64,000 nucleotides of DNA from Lepidodermella squamata (lineage: Eukaryota; Animalia; Gastrotricha): contig JBLDXI010000033.1 in NCBI GenBank assembly GCA_047495785.1, forward strand, positions 2,604,001 through 2,668,000, given 5' to 3'. The notes under the pieces were generated by a model that worked only from the letters and a program-made list of their open reading frames with translations, searched no databases and had not been told where the DNA came from. Positions 63,086-64,000 of this stretch are shown piece after piece. The position numbers and the translations under genes were made by a program. The number at the start of each line of letters is the position of its first letter. The first letter of the stretch is position 1.

Positions 63086-63980
63086 AACTACAATTTGTGC
63101 CTAAAACCTACAATATTATAATTCAACGCTACTTGATGCATCTACAAGCTGAAATTTGACAAGTTGTGCTATGAATCGGACCAATCTGATTTTGTTACTC
63201 GGTGAATCGTAGCCCTGTTTTCGAATAAAATCCTGTCTTCGCCTCCTTTTGATTGAAATCGCAGCTATTTACAATAATAAATAACAATTCTAGCGGCCAT
63301 TCTTTTCTGATTTTTACAACTACCGGCCATGTGGAAAAAACCGTTGATGATATATTCTAGTGGATCTTATAATGCATGAATGCTTCGACATTATTATATT
63401 ATACGAATACAACTTCTTATTTTGGCTGAAATGTGTGACATTGAATTTTAATTTTTTAGTCGAGATGGGTAATAAAACCTGAACAAATAACGATTGGAAC
63501 TTCACGTGATTTTTTTATTAAAAGCATCGTTCATTCGCTTTCCTTTTCATTTTTCTCATTACGATTTTTTAAAATAAGAATAACGCGTAATATTCATGTA
63601 TGAATATATAGGAGGTTTCAGTAGAACAGCGTCATCAATCGCTTCATCAGGAAAAGCATGAACTTTACGTGGACGGGTATTTTCAACCTAAGTGATATCC
63701 ATTTAGCGGTCAGCGCAATGTGACCGAGGATTGAACAGAAAAACGATGGCACAACAAAAATTTGAGATCGCCCGCATACAGGCGCATAACAAGACCAACA
63801 ACGATATCTGGTTTGAAAAGCCGTTCAGAACGGGCGATAAAATTTGAATCACAACCACGAAGTCAATATTGTTGCGATTGATGTGATGAGCGTGTGTAAC
63901 AAAAATTGAGGCCAAAAAGACGATTTTAGTGCGGAGGTTGTATCTTTCACAGAGTTGCCTCGTCGTCATCGTTGACGAGA

Positions 63981-64000
63981 ATGTCACGATCACGATCGAG
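63981..64000 (+). CDS. Possible start of an RS-repeat protein running off the window (MSRSRS...)
   Basis: Acceptor tctttcacag ends at 63952, then ATG TCA CGA TCA CGA TCG; only 20 nt are visible. Confidence 0.25.

Noticed and set aside
63703-63993. Minus-strand 96-aa ORF
   Set aside because: Non-ATG start, no domain, and it overlaps a possible plus-strand gene start.
1-64000. CRISPR arrays, rRNA/tRNA genes, prokaryotic operons or defence systems
   Set aside because: No regularly spaced repeats or RNA-gene signatures were seen; gene content and introns are eukaryotic.

Overview
Compact eukaryotic (bilaterian invertebrate-type) genomic DNA with many ~45-75 nt spliceosomal introns; no prokaryotic features, RNA genes or CRISPR arrays were seen. 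Genes in order: FAK/PTK2-like kinase (-, runs off the left edge), an HMBOX1/HNF1-class homeobox gene (+), three GlyT2/ATB0,+-like SLC6 transporters (-) interleaved with a PTF1a-like bHLH gene and a small zinc-finger gene, a Rieske sterol C7-desaturase (Neverland/DAF-36 family), a PLAC8-family gene, a tandem array of four secreted low-complexity + CUB-like, probably GPI-anchored genes (plus a relic of a fifth), a TESK-like kinase (-), and a tightly packed same-strand run ASB-RIOK1-MRGBP-B3GALT-RNF170 (+). Best leads: (1) the sterol desaturase looks protist/ciliate-type rather than animal-type, yet has an intron and animal neighbours (candidate eukaryote-to-animal HGT); (2) the tandem surface-protein family with prion-protein-like layout and paired cysteine loss; (3) a PTF1a-like gene inside a glycine-transporter-like cluster with PTF1-type E-box+TC-box composite sites; (4) an operon/trans-splicing-like layout; (5) phase-compatible alternative exons in a FAK intron. 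Family assignments come from motif recognition and recollection, not from database searches; exon boundaries were read by hand.
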